Below are positions 42,720 through 63,335 of a DNA stretch of 64,000 nucleotides, piece after piece. The notes beneath the pieces were generated by a model. That model saw only the letters and a list, made by a program, of their open reading frames with translations. It searched no databases and was not told where the DNA came from. Origin of the DNA: the human T2T-CHM13v2.0 reference genome, Homo sapiens. Each line of letters starts with the position of its first letter. Positions within the stretch are counted from its first letter, which is position 1. Both the position numbers and the translations under genes were made by a program. The stretch is taken from the NCBI RefSeq assembly GCF_009914755.1, contig NC_060936.1; one strand, 5' to 3'.

Positions 42720-43774
42720 TTAGAGGTGGGAGGCCCCCATGATAGGGAAAACAGCCACCAGGGAGGCCGAACAGCTGATACGGGATCAAGGCCCGGGGTA
42801 CATCAAAGGGCTTTTCCTTCCTCTCAGGCTAAATTACCATCACGTCAGTAGCTCCATCACTTGCATAAGCGGAGGGTAAGGTTACTCAAGCCCAGCCATC
42901 GATCCCTTTCAGGCTGAACCTGTGTCCTCATCATCCAAAGTCCCCATGCTTGCATACGTCTCCCACCCTTCAGTTTGGAGCACTGACTTTCATCGTTGGC
43001 AAGGGCAATGGGGAGTTCTCTTTGGCCTCTGATTTGCTGAATTGCCTTCAATACATGGCTTAACCTCTCTGAACCCCCATCCCCATTTCCGAGTCTTAGG
43101 AAGAACTGTGGCAGGGCGCGGTGGCTCATGCCTGTAATCCCAGATCTTTGGGAGGCTGAAGTGGGCTGAAGTGGGAGGATCACTTGAGGTCAGGAGTTCG
43201 AGACCAGCCTGGCCAACATGGTGAAACCCCGTCTGTACTAAAAATACAAAAATTAGCCGGGCATGGTGGTGCACGCCTGTAAGCCCAGCTACAAGGGAGG
43301 CTGAGGCAGGAGAATTGCTTGAACCCAGGAGGCGGAGGTTGCAGTGAGCCAAGATTGCGTCACTGTACTCTAGCCTGGGTGACACAGCAAGACTCCATCT
43401 CCAAAAAAAAAAAAAAAAGAACTGTTATGAGTCTCTGTTACCTACAGGGATAGAAGTGAGTGACTACATGTCCAGTGCTTTGCATGCAACACAACCACCC
43501 TGTGAGGGAGGTATTATTCTACCCATTGTACAGTTGAAGAAACTGAGACTCAGAGAAGCTAACTGGCTCATACTAGTAGGTAGAGTTGGGATTCATCTCT
43601 CCTTACCCCAAATCCTAGTTTTTCATCCTTTCTGGTGTGCCTTACTGCCTCTAGAGCCCCTCCAGATTTTTACAAATGAGAGGGGTGTGAGAGGCTGCTG
43701 GCCACAGACCTGAAACCTAAATGTGCCAGGAGAGCAACAGAGAAGAGCTGGGTGAGGTTGGGCGCGGTGGTTCA

Positions 43775-44209
<435 letters not shown>

Positions 44210-44711
44210 TTATGTGAAATCCTTTGATTTGAAGATTGTCTTGTTTTGAATTCTATTTGTATGAAATATCCAGAATAGGTAAATCCACAGACCCACAGTG
44301 CAGACTGGTGGCTGCCGGGCTCTGCGGGGAGGGAGGAAGGGAAAGTGACTGCTTAAGGAGAATGGGTGTCCTTTTGGGGTGATGGAAAGAAGTATTCTGG
44401 AACCAGATAGAGGTGGTGGTTGCACAACATTGTGAATTACTAAATGCTGCTGAATGTTTTCACTGTTTTGTGACTCTCATCTCAATAAATTGAATTGGTT
44501 TTAAATTTTTCTTTATGATTTTGTGCGTTTTTAGATATTGGGAAATAGCATTTTTATTGAAGATGAGTATACATGGAGAAGTGCATAAGTGTATAGCTCT
44601 GAATTGTCACAAACAGAACACACCTGTTTAACCAGCTCAGCTATGTGGTTTTTTGTTTGTTTTGTTTTTTTATTGAGATAGTCTCACTCTGTCGCCCAGG
44701 CTGGGGTATAG

Positions 44712-44891
<180 letters not shown>

Positions 44892-46168
44892 TGATCCACC
44901 CACCTCAGCCTCCCAAAGTGTTGGGATTACAGGCATGAACCACTGTGCCCAGGTTACAGATATGTGTTTTGGTTTTTCGTTCTTTTTTTTTTTTTTTGAG
45001 ACAGGTTCTCACTCTGTTGCCCAGGTTGGAGTGTAGTGACACCATCATAACTCACTGCAGCCTCAAAATCCTGGGCTCAAGTGATCCTCCCACCTCAGCC
45101 TCCCCAGCAGCTGGGACTACAGGCATGTGCTACAACACCAGGCTATTTTTTTTTCCTTTGGCAAAGATGGGGGTCTCACTATGTTGTCTCGGCTGGTCTC
45201 AAACTCCTGGGCTCAAACCATCCTCCCGCCTTGGCCTCCCAAAGTGTGGAGATTACAGATGTGAGCCACCATGACTGACTTATTTTGTTCTTTAATACAT
45301 AACTTATAGGCCGGGTGAGGTGGCTTCTGACTGTAATCCCAGCACTTTGGGAGGCTGAGGCGGGTGTATCGCCTGAGGTCAGGAGTTTGAGACCAGCCTG
45401 GCCACCTTGGCGAAGCTCTGTCGCTACTAAAAATACAAAAATTAGCCAGGCGTGGTGGTGGGCACCTGTAATCCCAGCTACTCAGGAGGCTGAGGCCAGA
45501 GAATTGCTTGAACCCAGGAGGCGGAGGTTGCAATGAGCCGAGATTGCACTCCAGTCTGGGCAACAAGAGGGAAAATCTGTCTAAATAAATAAATAAATAA
45601 TTAATTAAAAAATAACTAATACAACTTGGTTGGGGCGGGGTGGGGGGATGAAAATACACATAATTAAGAGGAAAAAAAAGTAAAGAAAACAAGCCTACTG
45701 ATAATCCTTCATCTACAGACAACCACCTTGGATGATCTGGGAATGCCCACCCAGACTACTCTTTTCTTTTCTTTCCTTTTCTCTTCTGTTCTCTTCTCTT
45801 CTCTTCTCTTCTCTTTTTTCTTTTCTTTTCTTTTCTCTTATTTGATGGGGTCTTTCTCTGTTGCCCAAGCTGGAGTGCAGTGGTGTGATCAGCTCAGTGC
45901 AGCCTTAAACTCCTGGGCTCAAGGGATCCTCCCATCTCGGCCTGAGTAGCTGGGACTACAGGCAAGCACCACCATGCCTGGCCCACACAGACTACTTTCT
46001 AAAAATGTATAAACATATATAGATATGACAAGATATACAGATAATGATACATATGATTTGATAATTATGCTAATTTTTTTACATATACTTTGTAAACACT
46101 TTTGTCATGGCAATAAATACACATGTTCACCTGGTGTGTGTATATGTGTGTGTTTCATTGAAAAGCTA

Positions 46169-46291
<123 letters not shown>

Positions 46292-46294
46292 CTA

Positions 46295-46585
<291 letters not shown>

Positions 46586-46944
46586 TCATTGCAACCTCTG
46601 CCTCCCAGGTTTAAGAGATTCTCCTGCCTCCGCTTCCCTGGGATTACATGCGCCCACCATCACACCCAGATAATTTTTGAATTTTTAATAGAGATGGGGT
46701 TTCACCATCTTGGCCACGCTGGTCTTGAACTCCTGACCTCGTGATCCACCCGCCTTGGCCTCCCAAAGTGCTGGGATTATAGGCGTGAGCCACCATGCCC
46801 GGCCTGTACCATGATTTCTTTAACCAGCTCCTAGAATCAAGCATTACCAAGATCTTCCCATTAGAAACAGCATGGATGGTGATCTAGCTCATTTGAATGT
46901 AGAGTTTAATGCTCTTTAACAATTGCTTTATTAAATTACTCTGA

Positions 46945-47340
<396 letters not shown>

Positions 47341-47886
47341 TGATCTGCCCACCTTGGCCTCCCAGTGTTGGGATTACAGGCGTGAGCCACCGTGCACAAC
47401 CCAGTATCTTATTTTTAAAAATTACTTTCTGCTCTGCTCCACGCTCTGCCCAGGTACTAAATATTAACACCCTCACAGGTATAACTGCTTCCCTTTTTCC
47501 ATTCTATGGGGGAGTTGACTTTACTGAATAAAAATAGGATGATTTACTATGTGGGTCTCTGCATCTTACTTTTCCAAATGCTTAATTATTGGCAACTGTG
47601 GTGGATATTCCTTTAGCCCCTCCAAATCTCTTCCCTCCCTGCCCTTCTCTGTGCCCCAAGCCTTATCACCTTCAGCCAACCTGAGACCCTGGCAGGAAAG
47701 GAGAGGAGAGACAAGTGGGGGTATCTCTTCCTTGGCTTCCTCCCTGCCAGACGTTGTTTTAGCAGCTGTTTTAGCAGCAGCTATGTCCCTGTACTGAAGG
47801 CCACACTCCTGTTGGGTGACTACAACTCTCTCTAGGTTTCCAAACCCTCCCTTCTCTTGCCCCTTTAGGCTTAAGGGGTGGGGTAA

Positions 47887-48177
<291 letters not shown>

Positions 48178-49490
48178 TGATCTCCTGACCTCATGATCCG
48201 CCCACCTCAGCCTCCCAAACTATTGGGATTACAGGCGTGAGCCACCGCGCCCAACCTAATTTTCGTATTTTCATTAGAGATGGGGTTTCACCATGTTCGC
48301 CAGGCTGGTCTTGAACTCCTGACCTCAGGTGATCCTCCCGCCTAGGCCTCTCAAAGTGCTGGGATTACAGGCATGAGCCACTGTGCTGGCCTGATTAAGC
48401 AACTAATTTACAATTCTTAAAAACTTTTAGGGGGCCAACTCATGAGCGAGCCTGCCACCTTTATGGCTGTCAGAGTCCAGACCCTTGTTTTATAGATTCA
48501 GGAAACGAGGGGAGGATTTGTCGTTTGTAGGATTCCTGGGCCAGAGTGAGGTGAAACATGGAAAGTGTGGTGGTCCTCAAGTCAGGCAGTATGAATTCTG
48601 ACCAACCAGGTCTCGCCAGGGATCTCTAGTTCCCTGGCTCTATTTCCCATGTGTTTGTCTCTTGGCCTACCTCTCGTTCTGAAATGAAGATGAGCAAGAT
48701 GTGAAAGCTTGAGAGAGGCAACTGAAGTTCTCCTAGATCTTGGCAGCTTTCTAAAATAAAGGTTTTGCTGGGCTGTCTGTGGCCACTGCAGGGAAGATGA
48801 AACAGAACAACTGGAAAGGGGAAAGACAGCTCTCTCAGACTGTTCCCTTGCAATCCTCAAACAGTCCAACATTTGAAGATAAACAAGCCTCAGTCCACAT
48901 TCTCTAAGAATCTCCAGTGCATGGGACAGACAGGTAAACATGCATTTACAATACCAAGTGAAAAGTGCAGAAAACAGCCCAGCTGTGGGGTGGGACACAT
49001 AATGATTTCCAGGGAGGTAGTATTTCTTTTTCTTTTTGTTTTTGAGAGGGATCTTTTTCTTTTTGTTTTTGAGAGGGAGTCTTGCTCTGTTGCCCAGGCT
49101 GGAGTACAGTGGTGTAATCTCAGCTCACTGCAACCTCTGCCTCCCAGCTTCTCCTGCCTCAGCCTCCTGAGTAGCTGGGATTACAGGCACCTGCCACCAA
49201 ACCCAACTAATCTATTTTAGTAGAGATGGGGTTTCACCATGTTGGCCAGGCTGGTCTTGAACTACCGACCTCAAGTGAGCCACCCGCCTCGGCCTCCCAA
49301 AGTGCTGGGATTACAGGTGTGAGCCACCTCACCCAGCCTTGAGCTGGATCTTGAAGGAGAGGTTCAAGTCAGCCTGGCCTGAGATGGTGTTCCAGGGTGG
49401 GAAGAGCAGGTGCTAAGACCCAGTGCTAAGAGAGACTGAGCAAAAAACGTGCCAGAAACTGTTAGAAGTTCAGCATGGCTGGAGCATAAG

Positions 49491-49491
<1 letters not shown>

Positions 49492-49537
<46 letters not shown>
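49492..49537. repeat. (TG)23 microsatellite
   Basis: Perfect dinucleotide run. Confidence 0.97.
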
Positions 49538-49538
<1 letters not shown>

Positions 49539-49899
49539 TGGGGTACAGGGATGGGAGGTGGTCTAAAGGCAAGCAGAGATCAGGAGTCTTAAAGGCCAAG
49601 AGAAGGGCACTGAAGCCATTAAGCAGTAGCGTGCCAATGTCACTCTTGGGAAGGTTGTTCTGGCTGCTTTGGAGACTGGGTTAAAGTGCGCAACCTGAGA
49701 CAGTTCAAAGACTGCCCAATCAGGAGGAAGAGGTGGCGGGGTAGGAGTAGAGGTGGAGGAGATGGGTGGATTTGGGAGCTATGAAGGCAGTCACAGGATA
49801 GAGGTTTATTATAATGACAGCAATATTGACAAGCTCATAATGTAGTAACCTAACAACAGCTCTCTTTTCAGACCGCATGGGTAAGAATCTTCTCCTCAC

Positions 49900-54240
<4,341 letters not shown>

Positions 54241-54869
54241 ATATCAAAGTTGATTGTTTAGGTAAGCTGGGTTGGAATTTTGGCCTCACATTTTGCTAGT
54301 TGGGTAAATTGGTTATTGAGACGGTTTTCTCAGCTGTCAAATTGGGATGTAATAATCTAGCTTCATGAGGTTGTTGAATTAATATATGTAAGGCATTTAG
54401 AACAGCGTCTGGCACATTATAAGTATCAATAAATAAACACTGTTACCGTTATTATTATCACTACGATTTTTAGAGGCCTTAACAGGAACATCCAGCACCT
54501 TCAACAGTATATGGCTCATAGGAATCATTCCATGAATATTTGTTAGCAGAAGGACAGCTCTATGAGATAGATTGCTATCAATTACTGCCCCATTTTACAG
54601 ATGAGGAAACTGAGGCCCAGAGAAGCCAAGTAGTGACCTAGGGTCACACAGATTGCCGTTAAGTGGCAAGATACGGGGTGTGTACTCAGGCATATCGGAT
54701 CTGTAAAGTGAGGGATAAGGAACCTTAATGTATTTTGTAAATCCTCCAGGGCTGTGTGGATGTGAAGAACTGAATTGGAGCGCCACGCAGCGGTTCTCTG
54801 GCGTACAGTATCCATCCATACAGTAGGCGCTCAATAAATGTCTGCTGCACGAATGAGAAAATGAGTCAG

Positions 54870-55450
54870 CTGGGGCGAGATCATCCCCTAGCGTTGGTGT
54901 GCAATTGCGTGGGGATCCATTGCTTCCGACGCTACTCCTGCCGGGTCACCACAGGCGCACGTGTTCCGGCAGGGCGCGGCTTCCGGTGACCCAGCTCCGC
55001 CCTAAGCCCCATCCCAAGCCCCGCCCCTTGACTGTTCTCGCGTTCGCGGACGGCTGTGGTGTTTTGGCGCATGGGCGGAGCCGTAGTTACGGTCGACTGG
55101 GGCGTCGTCCCTAGCCCGGGAGCCGGGTCTCTGGAGTCGCGGCCCGGGGTTCACGATGTCCGACGAGGAAGCGAGGCAGAGCGGAGGCTCCTCGCAGGCC
55201 GGCGCCGTGACTGTCAGCGACGTCCAGGAGCTGATGCGGCGCAAGGAGGAGATAGAAGCGCAGATCAAGGCCAACTATGACGTGCTGGAAAGCGTGAGTG
55301 TGGGTTCGGGGCGCCCCAAGTCGCCTAACCCGGCCCGGAGTCCCTGGGGTACTGGGATGCCAGGGCGGCCTCAGTTTGGGCGCTCCGCAACGGATCTCCC
55401 TGGGAGGCCCAAGGCGCCGCAAGTGCGGCCTCTGTCGGCACAAGAAGGCA
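54870..55450 (+). promoter_or_regulatory. PSMD9: PSMD9 CpG-island promoter, TATA-less
   Basis: High CpG density around exon 1; ETS-type TTCCG(G) sites at ~54924, ~54964 and ~54981; GC boxes at ~54997 and ~55020. Confidence 0.85.
55156..55293 (+). CDS. PSMD9: PSMD9 (26S proteasome non-ATPase regulatory subunit 9, p27/Nas2 assembly chaperone) coding exon 1
   Basis: [46 protein letters not shown], then AGC|gtgagt. Confidence 0.97.
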
Positions 55451-55829
55451 GGCAAAGAACTTTAGCAACTGAAGAGTTAGCCATATTGATATCCAGCAAG
55501 AGTTTGTGGAGCCCTGCTGTGTGCTAGGCGCTGGTTTAAGTGCTGTGCATTGTTGAGTTAATTTAATCTTTGCAACAACCCTTTGAGGTGGATGCTGTTA
55601 CTCTTTCCATTTTAGGGAGGGGGAAACAGGTGTTACTTGGTGATTAAACAGCTGTCATGTGCCTCGCTGACTGCCTTATCTTAATTTTGTACTTTTTGTA
55701 AAGACAGAGTCTCACTGTGTTGCCCAGGTTGGTATCGAACTCATGGCCTCAAGCGATCCTTCCACCTCGGCCTTTCAAAGTGCTGGGATTACAGGCGTGA
55801 GCTACTGCACCCGGCATTTGCTGATTGTA

Positions 55830-55985
55830 TCGTGAATTCTTAAACTTCAGTGTGTATATGAATTACCTGGGGATCTTATTAAAATGCAGATTTTGTTTGA
55901 GGCAAGGGAGCAGATTCTGCATTTGTAGCAAACTCCCAGCAATGCTGATGCTAGTGGTCTAAGGACCGAACTTTGAGTTACAAAT
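55830..55985. mobile_element. MER5-family hAT MITE
   Basis: ttcttaaactt...gaattacctggggatcttattaaaatgcagatt...ctgcattt...aactttgagt. Confidence 0.65.
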
Positions 55986-56214
55986 AAGGCTCATCATCCT
56001 TATTGCATAAGGAGGAAACTGAGGCCCAGAGTGGGGCAAACGCCTATCTAAGGTCATGTAGTTCGGAAGTGGCAGTGGTGGGTCTGGCTCAAAAGCTGAT
56101 GCAGGTTTTCTTATGCCATCTAGTGTAAAATCACAGATCAGTTTGCAGAGGAAGATGCAATTAATTATGCCCAAGTAGGGTGGGATGGAATGCATTTTAG
56201 GTGATGTAAGATGA

Positions 56215-56397
<183 letters not shown>

Positions 56398-56730
56398 TAA
56401 AAGCAGGGTTTCACCATGTTGGTCAGGCCGGTGTTGGATTCCTGACCTCAGGTGATCCGCCCACCTTGGCCTCCCCAAGTGCTGGGATTACAGGCGTGAG
56501 CCACCGCGTCCGGCCATAAGATGAAGTTTCATACGGAGGGCCAGAGAACCATTTTACTGGGTGCTGACTATATGCTCAAAGTGGGATTCAGACTTCAGGT
56601 CTGTTACATTCAGAACCTGTGCTTTCAAGCAAATTACCAGCAATTTCTCAAACTTTAGTTTACTTTCTACCACATGCAGTATACTATATGCATATACCAC
56701 TTGTGTTATTCCTTTGATATTTTTATTTAA

Positions 56731-56898
<168 letters not shown>

Positions 56899-57226
56899 TG
56901 AGACTGCAGGTACGTGCCACCACGCCCAGCTAATTTTTGTATTTTTTGTAGCTATGGGGTCTCACTATGTTGCTTGCTCAGACTGGTCTGAAACTCCTGG
57001 GCTCAAGCAGTCCTCCTGCCTCTGCCTCCCAAAGTGTTGGGGTTACAGGCATGAGCCACAGTGCCTTGCCCATAAATGTATTTTAAAAGGAAATTTCAAA
57101 ACTCCGCTGCATATGGAAAATGATAATCTCTTCTCTTAAATATAAGGTCAGATGCTTTGCATGTTGATACGGCATGTTGGTTGCTTCTGGCTAGCTGCTG
57201 TTGCTTGCTGAAAGCTTTCAGCCTGA

Positions 57227-57328
<102 letters not shown>

Positions 57329-57711
57329 TGAGGCCAGGATGGTCTCGATCTCCTGACCTCGTGATCCGCCCGCCTCGGCCTCCCAAAGTGCTGGGATTAC
57401 AGGCTTGAGCCACCGCGCCAGGCCTACAAAAAATTTTTTTAAAAATTAGTTGGGCATGGTGGTGCATGCCTGTAGTCCTAGCTACTTGGGAGGCTGAGGC
57501 AGGAGGATTGCTTGAACCCTGAATGTTGAGGCTGCAGGGAGCTATAATTGCACCACTGCACTCTCTTGTGGGTGACAGAGTGAGATGCTGTCTCTTTAAA
57601 AAAAAAAAAAAAAAAAAGGCCGGGTGCGGTGGCTCATGCCTCTAATCCCAGCACTTTGGGAGGCCGAGGCGGGCGGATCACGAGGTCAGGAGATCGAGAC
57701 CATCCTGGCTA

Positions 57712-59260
<1,549 letters not shown>

Positions 59261-59739
59261 ACAGAGGGTACTAGAGATAGCAAGTAACTGGGGTGTTGCA
59301 GAGACCAGCACCAAATGGACACTTTTGCCTTGACAATTGCAGGATTGTAGAGAATTGGGAGAGGAATATGTATTTTTGATTCAGGGTTATTTAATGCCGT
59401 GTGTGTGAGCTGCTAGTGTTATGGATCCCATCCTTTGAGAAGCATTATCCAATGTGATATTGATTCTCAAAGGCTGGTCAACCCTTAACCACTGTGGGAA
59501 GGCAGGAGCAGATACAGGTTTTTAGCCCCTGGCGCATTTCTGCAGTGTCACGGCGAGTCCTGTGTTAGGGGAGTGTGGAGAACTATCTCCCTGCGCAGTG
59601 GACAGTAGGTTTGGGTGTAACCCGGAGGCTTCCAGAGAGAAAGGGAGCAAAATGAATGGAATCCCTCTTCTCAGTGCCTGTGTACACTGGCAGCTTGTCC
59701 CTGGACTGACTAATCCTTACAGCCACTATTTATGACTTC

Positions 59740-60175
59740 TGCGCGTAGTCGTTTTCTGAGGCCACCTTAACACCACAGAGTTGGTGACTTAAAACAGGAA
59801 TTTACTTTGTCCCAGCTCTGGAGGCCAGAAGTCTGAAATCAAGGTGTCAGCAGGGTTGGCTCCTTCTGCAGGCTCTGAGAGAGAAGCTCCCAAGCCTTTC
59901 TCCTGGCCTCTGGTGACTGCTGGCGGTCCTTGGCCTACAGCTGTGTCACTTGAACCTCTGCCTGCATCTTCATGTGGCCTTCCTCCTGTGTCTGTCCCAC
60001 ACCTACCTCTGCCTTTCTTTTATGAGGACACCAGCCACCAGATGAGCTTATCTCGAGATCCTTAACATAATTACATCTACAAAGACTCTTTTTCAAATAA
60101 AGTCATATTTACAGGTTCTGGGGGTTAGCTCGTGGTTATCTGTTTTTGGGGGCCGCTCTTCAACCCACTATGCTG
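59740..60175 (-). mobile_element. MaLR MLT1 solo LTR
   Basis: ctctggaggccagaagtctgaaatcaaggtgtcagcagggttggctccttctg...aattacatctacaaagactc...tcaacccacta. Confidence 0.8.
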
Positions 60176-61035
60176 TGTATGCGCGTGGCATGTGCTAAGT
60201 ACTCTGCAGGTCAGCTCGTTAGTTCTTGCAGCAGGTAGGGAGGGAGGCGAGTGCTCCTATTCCCATTTTATAATTGAGGAAGCTGAGGCTTAGAGAGGAG
60301 AAGGTCTCAGCTAAGGATGCCCAGCTTGTACATGGCAGAGTTGAGATTCAAATTAAAGTCTAACCAATTGCAAAGCCCCTCCCCTGAACCATGTGACTGG
60401 TTTCACTGCTTTTGTGTACTCTCCTCTGACTCATGTTAAAAAAAAAAAAAGTGTTGTTTTGAATAAAGAATACATTCCCATAGGCAAAATTCAAAACCTA
60501 CAGAGGGGTATAAAATGGACTGTCTCTCTCCCTGCCCTGTCACCTAGCCACCCAGTTCTTCTCCCCGGAGGCAGCTGGTGCTATCAGTTTCCTTCTTCAG
60601 ATCTTTTTATTTTCAGAAGAATCAAAGCCCTGCCACAGCTGGGTGCTGTCTGGGCTTTTCACTCCCCTCTAGCTTCCAGGGCCAGCAGCCAGGTGTCAGC
60701 CACCTGTGGGAAGGAGGGTGTGAAGGAGTGGAGGAAGAGGCTGGCCTTGGGGATGATGCTCAAAGGAGTCTTTGGTTTTATCGGCACTGTTTTAACTTCA
60801 AAAAAGAATGGATTCATGCATTACTTGCGTCGTTAAAAATAAAAAATGAAAAACACAGTGCCCACCCCAGGGTAGTTGTGAGGGCATGAGTAGAGCCCCT
60901 GGTGTAAGTGATCAGTATGTGGCAGTTTTCATTACTGTCACCTTTATTATGACTTCAGAGGAGAAGGGTCTGGGGAAAGACATCCTGGGGACATTACACC
61001 CATGAGCACCTTTTAACCACGTTTCTTTCCTCCAG

Positions 61036-61138
61036 CAAAAAGGCATTGGGATGAACGAGCCGCTGGTGGACTGTGAGGGCTACCCCCGGTCAGACGTGGA
61101 CCTGTACCAAGTCCGCACCGCCAGGCACAACATCATAT
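61036..61138 (+). CDS. PSMD9: PSMD9 exon 2 ([34 protein letters not shown]+C); the gene continues beyond the window
   Basis: tttcctccag|CAA...ATAT|gtgagt; Nas2 N-terminal motif PLVDxEGYPRxD; in frame with exon 1. Confidence 0.97.
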
Positions 61139-61603
61139 GTGAGTGGCCCTCTTAGAAGACTTTCCCCACCTTGTGGTGGGAAGGTGTTAAAGGCATACAA
61201 ATAAAACCAACTATCTGTATTATCTACTGCCTTCTCTTCTGCCTTGATGGGATTGTCTTGTCCCCATCCAAGGACTGAGAACCAAGGGAATGGGCTAGAC
61301 TCTAAGGTTCTATATTTCTGGTTTCATTTTCTCTCTCTCTCTCTCTCTCTTTTTTTTTTGAGTCAGGGTCTTGCTCTGTCTTCCAGGCTGGAGTGCAGTG
61401 GTGCTAACATGACTCACTGCAGTCTCAACCCCCCAGGCTCCAAGTGCTCCTTCTGCCTCAGCCTCCCAAGTAGCTGGGACTATAGGCATGTGTCGCTGTG
61501 CCTGGCTAATTTTTTTTAGTAGAGACGAGTCTCACTAAGTGGCCCAGGTGAGTCTTGAACTCCTGGACTCAAGTGGTCCTCCTGCCTTGGCCTTCCAAGG
61601 TGC

Positions 61604-61766
61604 TGATTGTTTTTAATTAAAGAGCTAGCAGAGAGTACAGATTGGATAGTATATTTGTTTTCTGTTTCTGCCATAACAAATGACGTGATTTGTTTTTAAT
61701 TAAAGAGCTAGCAGAGAGTACAGATTGGATAGTATATTTGTTTCTGTTTCTGCCATAACAAATGAC
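61604..61766. repeat. 82-bp tandem duplication
   Basis: tgattgtttttaattaaagagctagcagagagtacag...ccataacaaatgac twice. Confidence 0.95.
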
Positions 61767-62190
61767 CACAGACTTAGTAGCTGGAGATAAGAAGTCCAGA
61801 TGGGTCTCACTGGACTAAAATCAAGGTGTTGGCAGGGCTGGCTCCTTCTGGAGGATCTAGGGGAGAACCTGTTCCTGGTCTTTTCTGGTTTCCAAAGGCT
61901 GCCCACCGTCCTTGGCTCATGGCTTCGTCCATCTACACAGCCAGCAGTCGCATTTCCCTCCCTCTGATTCTGTCATAACATCTCTTTCTCTCACTCTCCT
62001 GCCTCCCTCTTTCACCTATAAAGACCTCTGTGATGACACCAGGCCCACCTGGATAATCCAGGATCATGTCCGAATCTTAAGGTCCTTAATCACATCTGCA
62101 GAGCCTCTTTTGCCATGTAAGGTGGCATATTCCCAGCTTCTAGGGGCTAGGATGTGGATGTGTTGGGGGCCATTATCCACTCAGCCATAG
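61725..62190 (-). mobile_element. MaLR MLT1 solo LTR
   Basis: ctgccataacaaatgaccacagacttagt...aaatcaaggtgttggcagggctg...taatcacatctgcagagcc. Confidence 0.8.
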
Positions 62191-62456
62191 GTAGGCAACC
62201 GTCTCCACCACAGAGTCCTATTAGCATTTATCCTCCACATTTTTCACTTACTAACTCCTCTTTAATCTGTTTGAATCTTGATTCCATCTGCATCACATCT
62301 TATTTATTTATTTATTTTTTGAGACGGAGTCTCGCTCTGTCACCCAGGTTGGAGTGCAGTGGCACGATCTTGGCTCACTGCAACTTCCACCTCCCGAGTG
62401 ACAGAGCAAGAGACCGTCTCAAAAAAAAAAAAAAAATCTGTTTGAGCAATTCCTTA

Positions 62457-62768
<312 letters not shown>

Positions 62769-63026
62769 TCAAAAAAAAGAAAGAAAATCTATTCTCAAAA
62801 CAGCCCTTTTTAAAGAACAGTTATAGATTTACATAAAAATTGGAAAATAATGGCTGGGTGCGGTGGCTCACGCCTGTAATCCCAGCACACTGGGAGGCCG
62901 AGGTGGGCAGATCACCTGAGGTCGGGAGTTCGAGACCAGCCTGACCAACATGGAGAAACCCTGTCTCTACTAAAAATACAAAATTAGCTGGGCATGGTGG
63001 CACGAACCTGTAATCCCAGCTACTCA

Positions 63027-63131
<105 letters not shown>

Positions 63132-63224
63132 TCAAAAAAAAAAAAAGAAAAGAAAAGAAAAAAAAATTGGAAAATAATGCATAGGTCCTTTGGCTTCTGT
63201 ATGTAATCTCCCGTGTTGTTAACA

Positions 63225-63335
63225 GCATATATACACATACATGTGTATATATCTACACATACATGTAAATATATACACACATACATGTGTATGTAAAATA
63301 TACACATGCGTGTATATATGCAAAATACACATATG
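63225..63335. repeat. Degenerate (TA/CA/TG)n low-complexity repeat
   Basis: atatatacacatacatgtgtatat... Confidence 0.85.

Noticed and set aside
55294-55527. Read-through of the PSMD9 exon 1 ORF to 123 aa
   Set aside because: A consensus donor lies at 55294 and exon 2 continues the known protein, so the extension is intronic.
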